Shown here: one piece after another, positions 28,700 through 36,849 of the stretch | How positions within the stretch are numbered: the first letter of the stretch is position 1 | Layout of the letters: each line of letters opens with the position of its first letter | Virus record (IMG/VR): IMGVR_UViG_3300010885_049703 | Coordinates: 50,260-114,259 of that record | Length of the DNA stretch: 64,000 nt | Origin: a virus | Strand: one strand, 5' to 3' | Notes under the pieces: generated by a model | What the model was told of the DNA's origin: nothing | Seen by the model: only the letters and a program-made list of their open reading frames with translations | The model's database searches: none | Translations under genes and position numbers: made by a program

Positions 28700-28867
28700 T
28701 TAATGCACTGCTTCTTTTGTATTCACTTCACACTCAACTACCCAATTATTGAATTGTGTGAATGTACTTACTTCTACCCCGAGTCCCACAGCTTCGTTGA
28801 CAAAATGTTGCAACAACGAATTATACAACTCATCGGGCATTGTATCTTTGGCAAATTTAATTTTCAT
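28700..28867 (-). CDS. Small hypothetical protein (55 aa)
   Basis: Not in track: MKIKFAKDTMPDELYNSLLQHFVNEAVGLGVEVSTFTQFNNWVVECEVNTKEAVH. Confidence 0.6.
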   Translation of the reverse strand: MKIKFAKDTMPDELYNSLLQHFVNEAVGLGVEVSTFTQFNNWVVECEVNTKEAVH

Positions 28868-28892
28868 TGTCAATCCCTAGATCTAAAGTAAA

Positions 28893-29097
28893 ATGCTCTG
28901 CGTCCCGCGGCGGTAATTATACTGTGTCAGTAAACATGTCCTCTTTCAAGGGGAATACCTCTACAGCCTCCACCCGCTCCACGACCGGGACCGTTCTCGC
29001 ATTGCCAGCGCCGTTTCGGTTGGAACGGTACCACCCGTGCTTGTCATAGCACTTCTCATCCTCCGGGTCAGAGTATCCAGTGACGCTGGAACGGCGC
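28893..29097 (-). ncRNA. Unassigned GC-rich structured RNA fused to the 3' end of tRNA-Ser
   Basis: High GC relative to flanks; many complementary segments; no credible ORF. Confidence 0.6.
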
Positions 29098-29185
29098 TGG
29101 CGGAGAGTATAGGATTCGAACCTATGCGCCACTTTCGCAACGACAGTTTAGCAAACTGCTGCCTTGACCACTCGGCCAACTCTCC
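29098..29185 (-). tRNA. tRNA-Ser(GCT)
   Basis: GCAGT-TTGCTAA-ACTGT; long variable arm; GCCA end. Confidence 0.95.
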
Positions 29186-29202
29186 ATAAATCTAGTTGCT
29201 CT

Positions 29203-29306
29203 ACCATATTGAAACACACTATACAACAGGTTTAGGTCTGCTTCTATATCCTGTCACGGCGTAGTATGAAGTTATCTCTAGACCTTGGCCGTAATGTGCT
29301 TTAATA
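29203..29306 (-). ncRNA. Fold-back trailer of tRNA-Glu with an internal pseudoknot-capable core
   Basis: 19-position imperfect closing stem (one mismatch) and four internal helices. Confidence 0.5.
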
Positions 29307-29381
29307 TGGTACACGGTAGGGGAATCGAACCCCTCTTCCATCCGTGAAAGGGATGTGTCCTAACCGATAGACGAACCGTGC
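29307..29381 (-). tRNA. tRNA-Glu(TTC)
   Basis: CATCC-CTTTCAC-GGATG; CCA. Confidence 0.95.
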
Positions 29382-29389
29382 ATAAAAAA

Positions 29390-29568
29390 GTGAAGGTTCC
29401 TATAAAGCCCATCGTCACCTACAACCATTGGGTAGTCGCCTACCATCTGATTTAATGCTAACAAGGAACTGACTATTACATGATGCCGAAGTCACGTTAC
29501 TGCATCAAACCCTTGCTGAACCCTTGCGGGACGATTCGCACTCAATCGTTTTAATCTAGAACTGATAC
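29390..29568 (-). ncRNA. Unassigned structured RNA leading the tRNA-Glu/Ser transcript
   Basis: GNRA hairpins CCC-GCAA-GGG and GGTAG-GCGA-CTACC plus other stems; directly after a promoter. Confidence 0.5.
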
Positions 29569-29576
29569 AAAAATAC

Positions 29577-29605
29577 AGTTTAACTGATAATGCATTAATG
29601 GTCAA
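29577..29605 (-). promoter_or_regulatory. sigma70-type promoter of the ncRNA/tRNA cluster
   Basis: TTGACC-N17-TAAACT. Confidence 0.65.
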
Positions 29606-29741
29606 CCAATTGCTGTACTTGTCTAAAACTTTGTTGCATCAATCTGGCACGTTCAAGTTTGGCTTCAAGCAACTCTGCCAATTGCTTGGCAGTGAGTTCG
29701 TGCTCAGATTTCCGCGGTTGTTTCTGATCTTGTTCCTTCAT
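29595..29741 (-). CDS. Small hypothetical protein (48 aa)
   Basis: Not in track: MKEQDQKQPRKSEHELTAKQLAELLEAKLERARLMQQSFRQVQQLVDH. Confidence 0.5.
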   Translation of the reverse strand: MKEQDQKQPRKSEHELTAKQLAELLEAKLERARLMQQSFRQVQQLVDH

Positions 29742-29755
29742 AGTATCTTATAAAA

Positions 29756-29965
29756 TTATTTGTCATTGTGCTTTGAGTTCATTTTCTCAATGCTCTCATC
29801 AAATCTTAATCCAGCCAGTGCTGTGACATATACAAAATAACAAACAACTGCCACTGCAATTGCCAACACTGCCCAGTTAGGCAAATAACTCATCAAGAAT
29901 CCCGCTAACAATCCACTGCTGATCACGCCCAGGGCGATTGCTGCTGCTCTAAGTTTCAAATACAT
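29756..29965 (-). CDS. Small two-TM membrane protein
   Basis: Two hydrophobic segments; SD AAAGGA. Confidence 0.65.
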   Translation of the reverse strand: MYLKLRAAAIALGVISSGLLAGFLMSYLPNWAVLAIAVAVVCYFVYVTALAGLRFDESIEKMNSKHNDK

Positions 29966-30001
29966 TTTGTTTCCTTTCAATAAATTAACTACTGAACCTA
30001 T

Positions 30002-30038
30002 ATTTTACTTGAGGTTGATTATTAAGTCAACCTCAAGT
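30002..30038 (-). promoter_or_regulatory. sigma70 promoter embedded in a 12-bp inverted repeat
   Basis: TTGACT-N17-TAAAAT; ACTTGAGGTTGA-N8-TCAACCTCAAGT. Confidence 0.6.
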
Positions 30039-30619
30039 TATGTGGCACCCACAGGTCCGTTACCGTTTTGAAAGCCAATTTTGCCACCTTCTGCTTCAAT
30101 ACGTTTGATCACGTCTTCAAACAGTATAGGCGCAAAGTCGGTTTGTTCTACGCAGACGCAATGGTAGCGAACATCAATTTTGTATTCGCCCCATACTTCG
30201 GTCATCACACGGTTTGAATGTAGATGTCCGTGTATGTTGGTACCAAAGCGACCCAGACTCTCTGAGTGTATGGGAATATGGCTTAGTATCATTCCGTTCA
30301 TCACATGGTATGCACGTAGTTCACGGAAGTATTTACGATATTCGTCATCACGGAAGATGTCATGGTTACCACGTATCAACACCTTGTCACCGTTTAGACG
30401 AGCCATTGTAGCCAGTGCTCGGCGATTGATAACAACATCTCCAAGGTGGTAGACTTTGTCGTTGGGCCGGACACGTTCGTTCCAGGCCTTGACCATCGCC
30501 TCATCCATGTCCTCAGGTGTGTCCCAAGGACGTAGCTTGGTCACCCCGTCGTTGCGCATAAAACGGCAAACGCCTGCGTGTCCAAAATGCGTATCACTGA
30601 CTAAAAATACTGCTGGCAT
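30038..30619 (-). CDS. Calcineurin-like metallophosphoesterase
   Basis: SDTHFGH, HLGD, GNHD, SHIP, HGHLH. Confidence 0.92.
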   Translation of the reverse strand: MPAVFLVSDTHFGHAGVCRFMRNDGVTKLRPWDTPEDMDEAMVKAWNERVRPNDKVYHLGDVVINRRALATMARLNGDKVLIRGNHDIFRDDEYRKYFRELRAYHVMNGMILSHIPIHSESLGRFGTNIHGHLHSNRVMTEVWGEYKIDVRYHCVCVEQTDFAPILFEDVIKRIEAEGGKIGFQNGNGPVGAT

Positions 30620-30665
30620 AATGTGCTCCTGTTGCAATTTTAACAACTAATTTAACTATACTGCT

Positions 30666-30694
30666 ATTATAGCAGACCACTGATTATTGGTCAA
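30666..30694 (-). promoter_or_regulatory. sigma70-type promoter
   Basis: TTGACC-N17-TATAAT. Confidence 0.8.
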
Positions 30695-31050
30695 GTGCCG
30701 AGATTTTGTATATATTTTGCTAAGTCCCCGTACAATGCTGCCATCATTGCTTCGCGACTACCAAAAAACACAATGGTACGTTTTGGCCCAATGTAGTAAG
30801 GCATGGTGATACTGCGATCCAACTTCAACAGCATCAACTTGGTGAGAGGTTGTTTGGTTGGCAACTCATGAGTATAACATTCTAACTCAGCATGATCACG
30901 AAATGCAATCACTCCAGCGTCAGTAAGACGTAGACCACCTTCGGCACGTAGATTTTGCCACCAATGCAGCATGGCATGGTCAACCGATATCTGATGTTCA
31001 GCAGGAATTACTTCTAAAACTCGTTGAGTGATTTCAGCCCGTCGTGCCAT
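30691..31050 (-). CDS. Hypothetical phage protein
   Basis: Start MARRAE; WW.N.R..GGLRLT..G motif. Confidence 0.7.
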   Translation of the reverse strand: MARRAEITQRVLEVIPAEHQISVDHAMLHWWQNLRAEGGLRLTDAGVIAFRDHAELECYTHELPTKQPLTKLMLLKLDRSITMPYYIGPKRTIVFFGSREAMMAALYGDLAKYIQNLGT

Positions 31051-31336
31051 TGGGAAAAATCCTTTCCCCAGCCGTGAGTAACACCACTGAGAATTTGTCA
31101 GTTTTGAATTGCGTGTTGAGCTTTCGAGCCAAGTTAATGGCATGTCCTGGATTTGAGAAACTTACTTTTTTATACTTGGGGCCAGGAAATTGCTGCAACA
31201 TGTTTGAAGTTTTGAGATTAATTGGAGCACTATCAAAGAACACAGCCCAAATACCATCAGACGCCAACACCTGCTCAGTTTTGTAAGTGGTCTTGTTGGT
31301 GAGTTCAACTAATACTTGAGGTTTAGGTCTAGACAA
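31034..31336 (-). CDS. Hypothetical phage protein
   Basis: TTG start behind GGAG; PGPKYKKVSFSNPGHA. Confidence 0.7.
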   Translation of the reverse strand: MSRPKPQVLVELTNKTTYKTEQVLASDGIWAVFFDSAPINLKTSNMLQQFPGPKYKKVSFSNPGHAINLARKLNTQFKTDKFSVVLLTAGERIFPNGTTG

Positions 31337-31387
31337 CGGAATCTCCAATAATATAACGCTATTATTTAGTCCGTAATCTAAGCAGTT

Positions 31388-31591
31388 TTAGAACGAGCCG
31401 CCTGTGAACTCTACCTGTATGGCTTCTTGCTTTTTGTCTGCTTGTTCACGTAGTTCCTGAACTTGCAACAGTAACTTGGTTATGTCAGCATGTAGATCTT
31501 TGGCATCCTGCATGGGCATTGAGAATTCCCGAGCAGTCCGTGATTCGTGTGCTTTGATGCGATCTACAAAACGATTGATGTGTAAACTCAT
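31388..31591 (-). CDS. Hypothetical protein
   Basis: Coupled ORF ending GGSF. Confidence 0.65.
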   Translation of the reverse strand: MSLHINRFVDRIKAHESRTAREFSMPMQDAKDLHADITKLLLQVQELREQADKKQEAIQVEFTGGSF

Positions 31592-32022
31592 TGTGCTTGT
31601 TCCTTGGTTTTAAATGGACCTCGATAAGTGTATCGTTGCAGTGTGATAAGTTTGGGATTTTGTACTACTTCCCAGCTGCGATTTTGCTGTATTAGATACC
31701 AACCGGCCGCATACCATGATTTTGATTTGCGTGTTTTGGTAAACAGTGGTAATTGCTTTCGAACTTCAAAAATACCATTGTAGGCTCGGCAGTCAGTACG
31801 AAACCCATAGATTTCATCTTGTGCAGGTCTAGCTGTTTTAACTGCAGGTTCGAAGTCAATGCCCACACGCTGACGAATCATTCGCATGGATTTAAAACTA
31901 TGTGTTTGATTATTGATCTTTACCTGAAAGCCATTGTCAGTGGCTTGAATGTTACCTATTTTTTCATCATTGTGTCGCAGTATCCAGTACTGATTGGGTA
32001 TCACGGGTTTGGCTATTATCAT
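31588..32022 (-). CDS. Hypothetical phage protein
   Basis: LPLFTK..KSKSWYAAGWY...PKLITL.RY...GPFKT. Confidence 0.7.
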   Translation of the reverse strand: MIIAKPVIPNQYWILRHNDEKIGNIQATDNGFQVKINNQTHSFKSMRMIRQRVGIDFEPAVKTARPAQDEIYGFRTDCRAYNGIFEVRKQLPLFTKTRKSKSWYAAGWYLIQQNRSWEVVQNPKLITLQRYTYRGPFKTKEQAQ

Positions 32023-33016
32023 CAAGAACTCCTTTGTATGTAGCATTGAGCCATTGAGCGTACTGCTCAGCTGACTCAGATATCTTTAGTAAGTCGTAGC
32101 GTCCACAAAATTTCATAAAACGCACACCTACTTGCCCGATGTCTCGGTGTGAAATCTGCTGGGCAATGGCCTGATCCACTTTGGTTTTAATCTCTATGGG
32201 TTGGGCAGTTAAATCAACCAATGCAACGTTGCGATTATAGTCATCCAACACACGATGCTCTGCACCGTGATGATCTGCCCACTTCTGCAACATTAAATTG
32301 TTCCACGCATAGCCTTTGGTATTACGATCCGCATAGGCCTCTTGGAGCCCAACTTTGTTCTTAGTGCCTTTGGTCCTAACCCCTGGATACGCTGAAAATA
32401 CATTATCCGACGCATCGCCTCGCATACATTTTTCAAAGAGAAGCCACGAAGGATCTGGAACTATTTTTGGTGCTTTGGTTTTTTTGTCAATAATCTGTTT
32501 GCCCTTGGCATCAAAAATTCCTTCTAATGTGATGAGCTCGTCAGTAATGCCGTTAAACTGCTGAACGTTGGGTGCTAGAAGTTGTACAAAGTCTGTATCT
32601 GAGCTTACAATAAAATGTTGGTCTTGGGGATGTAAAGCGATCCAGCGAGCAATAACGTCGTCAGCTTCGGCTTCGGGATGCCGTATTACCGAGCAGTTGG
32701 TCTGCTCAGCCAAGTATTTAGTGAACATATCAAATGTTTCCCAGAACAGTTGATCTTCTTCTTGTTCTTTTTCTGTCTGAGCAGCACGGGCCACAGCACG
32801 GTTCTTTTTGTAGGGCTCGTAGAAATCCTTGCGCCAACTGCGCCCCTCCAGTGCGAATATCACGTGATCAGCAGAGAATTTTCTATGGACTTTGTTGATT
32901 GCTGCCAGTGTGATGTGCAAAGCATAGCCTACTTTTTCTTCGGCACTGGTGGCACGAAAAGCCACGTGTCGGGCACGAAAGAACATGTTGGCAGTATCAA
33001 TGAGTAAGTATCGCAT
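31967..33016 (-). CDS. rnh: T4-type RNase H / 5'-3' exonuclease (FEN-like)
   Basis: LIDTAN, SWRKDFY..YK.NR, EADD, SSDTDF, GDASDN. Confidence 0.92.
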   Translation of the reverse strand: MRYLLIDTANMFFRARHVAFRATSAEEKVGYALHITLAAINKVHRKFSADHVIFALEGRSWRKDFYEPYKKNRAVARAAQTEKEQEEDQLFWETFDMFTKYLAEQTNCSVIRHPEAEADDVIARWIALHPQDQHFIVSSDTDFVQLLAPNVQQFNGITDELITLEGIFDAKGKQIIDKKTKAPKIVPDPSWLLFEKCMRGDASDNVFSAYPGVRTKGTKNKVGLQEAYADRNTKGYAWNNLMLQKWADHHGAEHRVLDDYNRNVALVDLTAQPIEIKTKVDQAIAQQISHRDIGQVGVRFMKFCGRYDLLKISESAEQYAQWLNATYKGVLDDNSQTRDTQSVLDTATQ

Positions 33017-33018
33017 GA

Positions 33019-33726
33019 TTAGATTATGTTGTGAGTACGTACATATTGTAGCACATGATTGGCCCAAAAGCAATGAGCATCAGCACCAAAATGCCAACTA
33101 TCAGGATTTACTGTGGCAAATCCGTTGTTTTTCAGCACATTATTGTAGGTCTGCATAGGATCATAAGGTGCAAGGTAATGATTGCCCCAATCCTGTTGAG
33201 TTGTTATTTTGCTAAAATCCGAATTGCCATTGAACATCACATGACGTATATTGAGCTGTTGTAGCTCTTGATGAAATTCCCAAATTTCACTATGAGCTTG
33301 TTTGGCGCATTGTTGCCAATCCACATCAGCAATGAATTGTTGGTAACGTGATTGTAGATGTTCAGGAACATGATCTATGCCTGACGCATTGACTTGGTAG
33401 TACACACCCTCGTCCAACCATTCCTCGCGTTCCCATGTTGACCACTGTATGATCATAAAGGTGTCTTTGAGTGCTTGCGGAGTTTGCTCGGCAATCCAAC
33501 TGCGTGTGGTACGCATGATGCGTTGATTTGAGCTGGCTGCTTCGGCATCGCACCAAAGTACTGCGTACAGGGCATTGGCTATTTCGCACCCATAACTCAC
33601 ACGTTCGTTTTCAGGATGTGGGCGTCGTCCCAAGCCCCAGAAGAATGGATCATCTTCGGCAAAGCAATGTGGATTCACTGCTTCGGCAGCAGCACTGTGA
33701 CTGTCGCCATTTACGTAAATTATCAT
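33019..33726 (-). CDS. SGNH-hydrolase-like phage protein
   Basis: NGDSH, SSNQRI.R, QWSTWER, WHF...H. Confidence 0.65.
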   Translation of the reverse strand: MIIYVNGDSHSAAAEAVNPHCFAEDDPFFWGLGRRPHPENERVSYGCEIANALYAVLWCDAEAASSNQRIMRTTRSWIAEQTPQALKDTFMIIQWSTWEREEWLDEGVYYQVNASGIDHVPEHLQSRYQQFIADVDWQQCAKQAHSEIWEFHQELQQLNIRHVMFNGNSDFSKITTQQDWGNHYLAPYDPMQTYNNVLKNNGFATVNPDSWHFGADAHCFWANHVLQYVRTHNII

Positions 33727-34014
33727 TTATTTGTCATTGATTAAATGTGTGTACTTTAACAAAAACATTGTACGCATGGGTTCACTGTAAAAGTCAAGCA
33801 TGATGTTTCGCTCAACAGAATAAGGTCTTTCACCTCGTGCCTCATTGAGAAATTCTGGGTGGTCAGTATACTCTGTGTGTTCTCTTGGAGTGAATCCCAA
33901 GACTTCGCGCATCTTATCGCGAAGCATTAGCACACTGGGGGTGTTTTTATATTCTTCAGTCATGTGCTGGCGTATGATACGCCACTGCCGGGGAGTAAGT
34001 TTAATTGGCTTCAT
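33727..34014 (-). CDS. Small hypothetical protein, 'F.L.W'-like C-terminus
   Basis: LDFYSEPMRTMFLLKY. Confidence 0.65.
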   Translation of the reverse strand: MKPIKLTPRQWRIIRQHMTEEYKNTPSVLMLRDKMREVLGFTPREHTEYTDHPEFLNEARGERPYSVERNIMLDFYSEPMRTMFLLKYTHLINDK

Positions 34015-34213
34015 TGATCACTCGCTCACTGAATCTCAACGCAAATAATAGAGCATCGTCTTTATCTTCGAACTCAAACTCCATGGCGCGACTTGTGGGA
34101 TGAAACATAAATCTATTTCCAGGAAGACCAAACATTTCCACAGTCCAACTATAAATGTCGGCATGAGTGATATGAGTATCACCTTCTCGCCAACTCAAAT
34201 GTACAGCGGTCAT
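34001..34213 (-). CDS. Small hypothetical protein, 'F.L.W' family
   Basis: W..EMFGLPG ... FEFEDKDDALLFALRFS. Confidence 0.7.
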   Translation of the reverse strand: MTAVHLSWREGDTHITHADIYSWTVEMFGLPGNRFMFHPTSRAMEFEFEDKDDALLFALRFSERVINEAN

Positions 34214-34611
34214 CAGCTTACTTCACTGCGTCCGTCACCAAGGTCCTTGCTGCGAACATAGCGTTGTGGATTCATTGCTTGTTCTTGTTCATAGGTCTCT
34301 AACACTACATTGCGACATACATTTTGAAACCAACGATCAACGATGGCAGCATCTGAGTCGTCCTTTTTCATCATGTATCCTGCACGTACCAAATTAGATA
34401 TAAACTTTTCGTTCCAATCTAATTCAAAACTTCCTTGATGTAGATTTTCTGGATCAATGTCCAGGCTAAGGATAGCAATGTATGGTTCGTCTCGTTCGTT
34501 GGCAAGTTCTTTGGCTGTTTTTGGTGGCGGTGATGGTGGTGCTTTCGTGCGAGGCTCGGAAACTGGCTTTGGTGGTTTTTTTGGTTTAAAAAATTTATCT
34601 AATAATCCCAT
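34213..34611 (-). CDS. Hypothetical phage protein
   Basis: FELDWN..F...L...GY ... IVDRWF..VCRN. Confidence 0.7.
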   Translation of the reverse strand: MGLLDKFFKPKKPPKPVSEPRTKAPPSPPPKTAKELANERDEPYIAILSLDIDPENLHQGSFELDWNEKFISNLVRAGYMMKKDDSDAAIVDRWFQNVCRNVVLETYEQEQAMNPQRYVRSKDLGDGRSEVS

Positions 34612-34629
34612 GGCAATGCCCTTTTAAAT

Positions 34630-34845
34630 TTAGTTATTAGACTCGTCGATTCGACCCCAACGTATCTTGAGCCATATTCTTTCATGAATATAATAGTCGA
34701 TGCTTAATAAAATGTGCAGTGCTGTGGCAAATCCGGTGGCACTGCTGATATCACCGGTAAACAGATATGTCCAGAAGATTGTAAATGCCCATGCTGTGAT
34801 TCTATATGATACCATACGTGCTATTGTTCGTTGTTTTGTTTCCAT
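34630..34845 (-). CDS. DUF2061-like small membrane protein
   Basis: ET..RT.A+.VSYR ... YY.HERIW..I.WG. Confidence 0.8.
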   Translation of the reverse strand: METKQRTIARMVSYRITAWAFTIFWTYLFTGDISSATGFATALHILLSIDYYIHERIWLKIRWGRIDESNN

Positions 34846-35015
34846 TCTTTACCCCAATTGATTTTCAACCATACACGCTCGTGTATATAATGTGCCAGGG
34901 TCATAAAAATATTGATTATAATTGCACCACTTAATCCGGTCCATGCTGCAGTAATCAATGTTGCCACCACACGCCAAGTGATTGCTCTTACTATTGTTCT
35001 TTTGTGTAATTCCAT
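34821..35015 (-). CDS. DUF2061-like small membrane protein (tandem paralog)
   Basis: RTIVRAITWR ... HYIHERVWLKINWG. Confidence 0.8.
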   Translation of the reverse strand: MELHKRTIVRAITWRVVATLITAAWTGLSGAIIINIFMTLAHYIHERVWLKINWGKEWKQNNEQ

Positions 35016-35884
35016 CAAGTTCCCCAGGCGTTGCGCCAGATATCTACTTGTAATCTAGGACTGTATCTATAGCCACGCTTCATTGCCAACTCAGCTACCT
35101 GCGGCACATTGAAGTTGTATAAGTCAGCAACGCCGCCCGTGGGCATCAAATACACAGGACCACCAAAGCCAGCTTTGCGGAATTGATACACCGCTTCGTC
35201 AACATCTTTCAAATCATCATCAGTGGACACAACAAACTTGAGATAGGTCATGCCCACCATCTCATAACTTTTTACAACTTCGGGACGTATAGCATCTTCC
35301 CAACGCTCTCCCGAGCATGGTAGTTTTGCACTGACACTGAAAGTCAAACGATCGTAATCTCTGCCGTGTCTAGTGAATTCTTCAAACAGGTATTCTCTAA
35401 CATCTTCATGCAAAAACTGAGTACCATTGGTTTCAAATGTTATGTTACGCAAGCCTTGTTGGCGACATTTTTCGATCAGCTTGGGATATTCAACTTGATA
35501 GCCCAGCAATGGTTCACCGCCTGTGATCACCAGGTGAACATCGTCACTGATGTTGTCTGGACTCCATTTGTTCTTGGGAATCATGCCATGCATACGATCA
35601 GCGATTTCATCCAAGGTCATAAACGGTGACAGATGTTTGAATGCCGGATGCCATGACGCATAACTGTCACAGCCTGTTCGTGCCAGCGGCAAGTCGTTGT
35701 AGGTTTTGTAAAGATGTACGTCGGCAGCAATTTCGTCGGGTTCAGTGGTCTTCTCACCACGCGGTAAGCCAAATCCACGACACTGAAAGTTACACCCAAA
35801 TGTACGCATGAAAACGCTGGGCACACCAGCCCAACGTCCTTCACCTTGTAGACTATAAAATATTTCAGCTATTTTAAGTTGCAT
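35015..35884 (-). CDS. queE: 7-carboxy-7-deazaguanine synthase (radical SAM)
   Basis: EIFYSLQGEG, F.RTFGCN, ITGGEPLL, ETNGT, YSPRLQ. Confidence 0.93.
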   Translation of the reverse strand: MQLKIAEIFYSLQGEGRWAGVPSVFMRTFGCNFQCRGFGLPRGEKTTEPDEIAADVHLYKTYNDLPLARTGCDSYASWHPAFKHLSPFMTLDEIADRMHGMIPKNKWSPDNISDDVHLVITGGEPLLGYQVEYPKLIEKCRQQGLRNITFETNGTQFLHEDVREYLFEEFTRHGRDYDRLTFSVSAKLPCSGERWEDAIRPEVVKSYEMVGMTYLKFVVSTDDDLKDVDEAVYQFRKAGFGGPVYLMPTGGVADLYNFNVPQVAELAMKRGYRYSPRLQVDIWRNAWGT

Positions 35885-35908
35885 GATATTCCTTGAAAGT
35901 TTTGTGCG

Positions 35909-35937
35909 AGTATAGCACAAGAAATAAAATTAGTCAA
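35909..35937 (-). promoter_or_regulatory. sigma70-type promoter of queE
   Basis: TTGACT-N17-TATACT. Confidence 0.7.
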
Positions 35938-36304
35938 TGTCTTTTAAGAAAGGTTTTAATTTGGGAGGTTTCCAACCTTCAGGTTTGAGAACTTTGCCAT
36001 CCTTGCGCTTGTTGACCTTACCAGTTTCTGAATCAATTTTGGCAAAGTTTGTTTGCATGACTTCGTTCCAGGCAGCTTCGGCATCTACTCCCATGCTGTG
36101 CAATGCTCCGGTGGTCACTACCAACAGATCAATCAATGCATCCAATTGTTCCACTCGGTCTGCTGCCTGAACAGCTTCTTTGAGTTCATGCCATTCTTCT
36201 TTGATGAGATTCACATACATACGATACTGCTTGGGTTTGAATTCATCTACTGTTTGATCACATGCCAGCATGAATCGTTTTTGATCTTCAAAAATATTTG
36301 TCAT
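35930..36304 (-). CDS. MazG-like all-alpha NTP pyrophosphohydrolase
   Basis: LIKEEWHEL, DALIDLL, EV..TN.AK, DGKVLKPEGW.PP. Confidence 0.88.
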   Translation of the reverse strand: MTNIFEDQKRFMLACDQTVDEFKPKQYRMYVNLIKEEWHELKEAVQAADRVEQLDALIDLLVVTTGALHSMGVDAEAAWNEVMQTNFAKIDSETGKVNKRKDGKVLKPEGWKPPKLKPFLKDID

Positions 36305-36849
36305 TTAGTCCACCATTGTTCCCAGGGAAATACAATCCATTGCGGATCTGCCGCTTTATTAATGTTACATGCGGTATAATTAACATCAAGTTTGCTTTCA
36401 CTTGATTCGTTGTCAACTAGTGTGGCCACACGTACATTTGTGCCCCATATGTGATTCCACCTATCATGATTGGGCAAGCAACCGCTGGGCCAATCTTGTT
36501 GAATCCAGTTCAGTGTGGCACCGGTGTCGTTGATATCATCAACTATGAGTATGTTTTTGGCGTTGATACTATAATCAAATTCTGCCAACAACTGTTCATC
36601 CTTGGGAACGTATCCAAACGCATCTTCGGCCATCCATAAATTGCTTTCCGATTCATTGCCATCGCGCAGACTCACTTTGAGTGTCTCCATGCGCACTCCC
36701 AGGTATTGACTGATGAGATTGGCCGGAACAAGTCCACCACGAGTAATACCCACTACATAGTCAGGTCGCCAGCTGTCGTTGTGAATCTGTCTGATAATCT
36801 CCTGTGTGAAGTTTTCTACATCACGCCAGGTGTAGTATACCCGTTTCAT
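36301..36849 (-). CDS. Type I phosphoribosyltransferase (purine PRT-like)
   Basis: GITRGGL.PA, LIVDDINDTGAT, WIVFPWE. Confidence 0.9.
   Translation of the reverse strand: MKRVYYTWRDVENFTQEIIRQIHNDSWRPDYVVGITRGGLVPANLISQYLGVRMETLKVSLRDGNESESNLWMAEDAFGYVPKDEQLLAEFDYSINAKNILIVDDINDTGATLNWIQQDWPSGCLPNHDRWNHIWGTNVRVATLVDNESSESKLDVNYTACNINKAADPQWIVFPWEQWWTK

Noticed and set aside
29000-29097. HDV-like/theta ribozyme at the tRNA-Ser 3' end
   Set aside because: P1- and P2-like helices exist, but only 7 nt separate them, too few for P3/L3. Kept only as an unassigned RNA.
28917-29179. ORFs 28917..29132, 28961..29179 and 28867..29049
   Set aside because: They overlap tRNA-Ser and/or the structured RNA, lack an SD, and are best explained as chance frames in GC-rich RNA.
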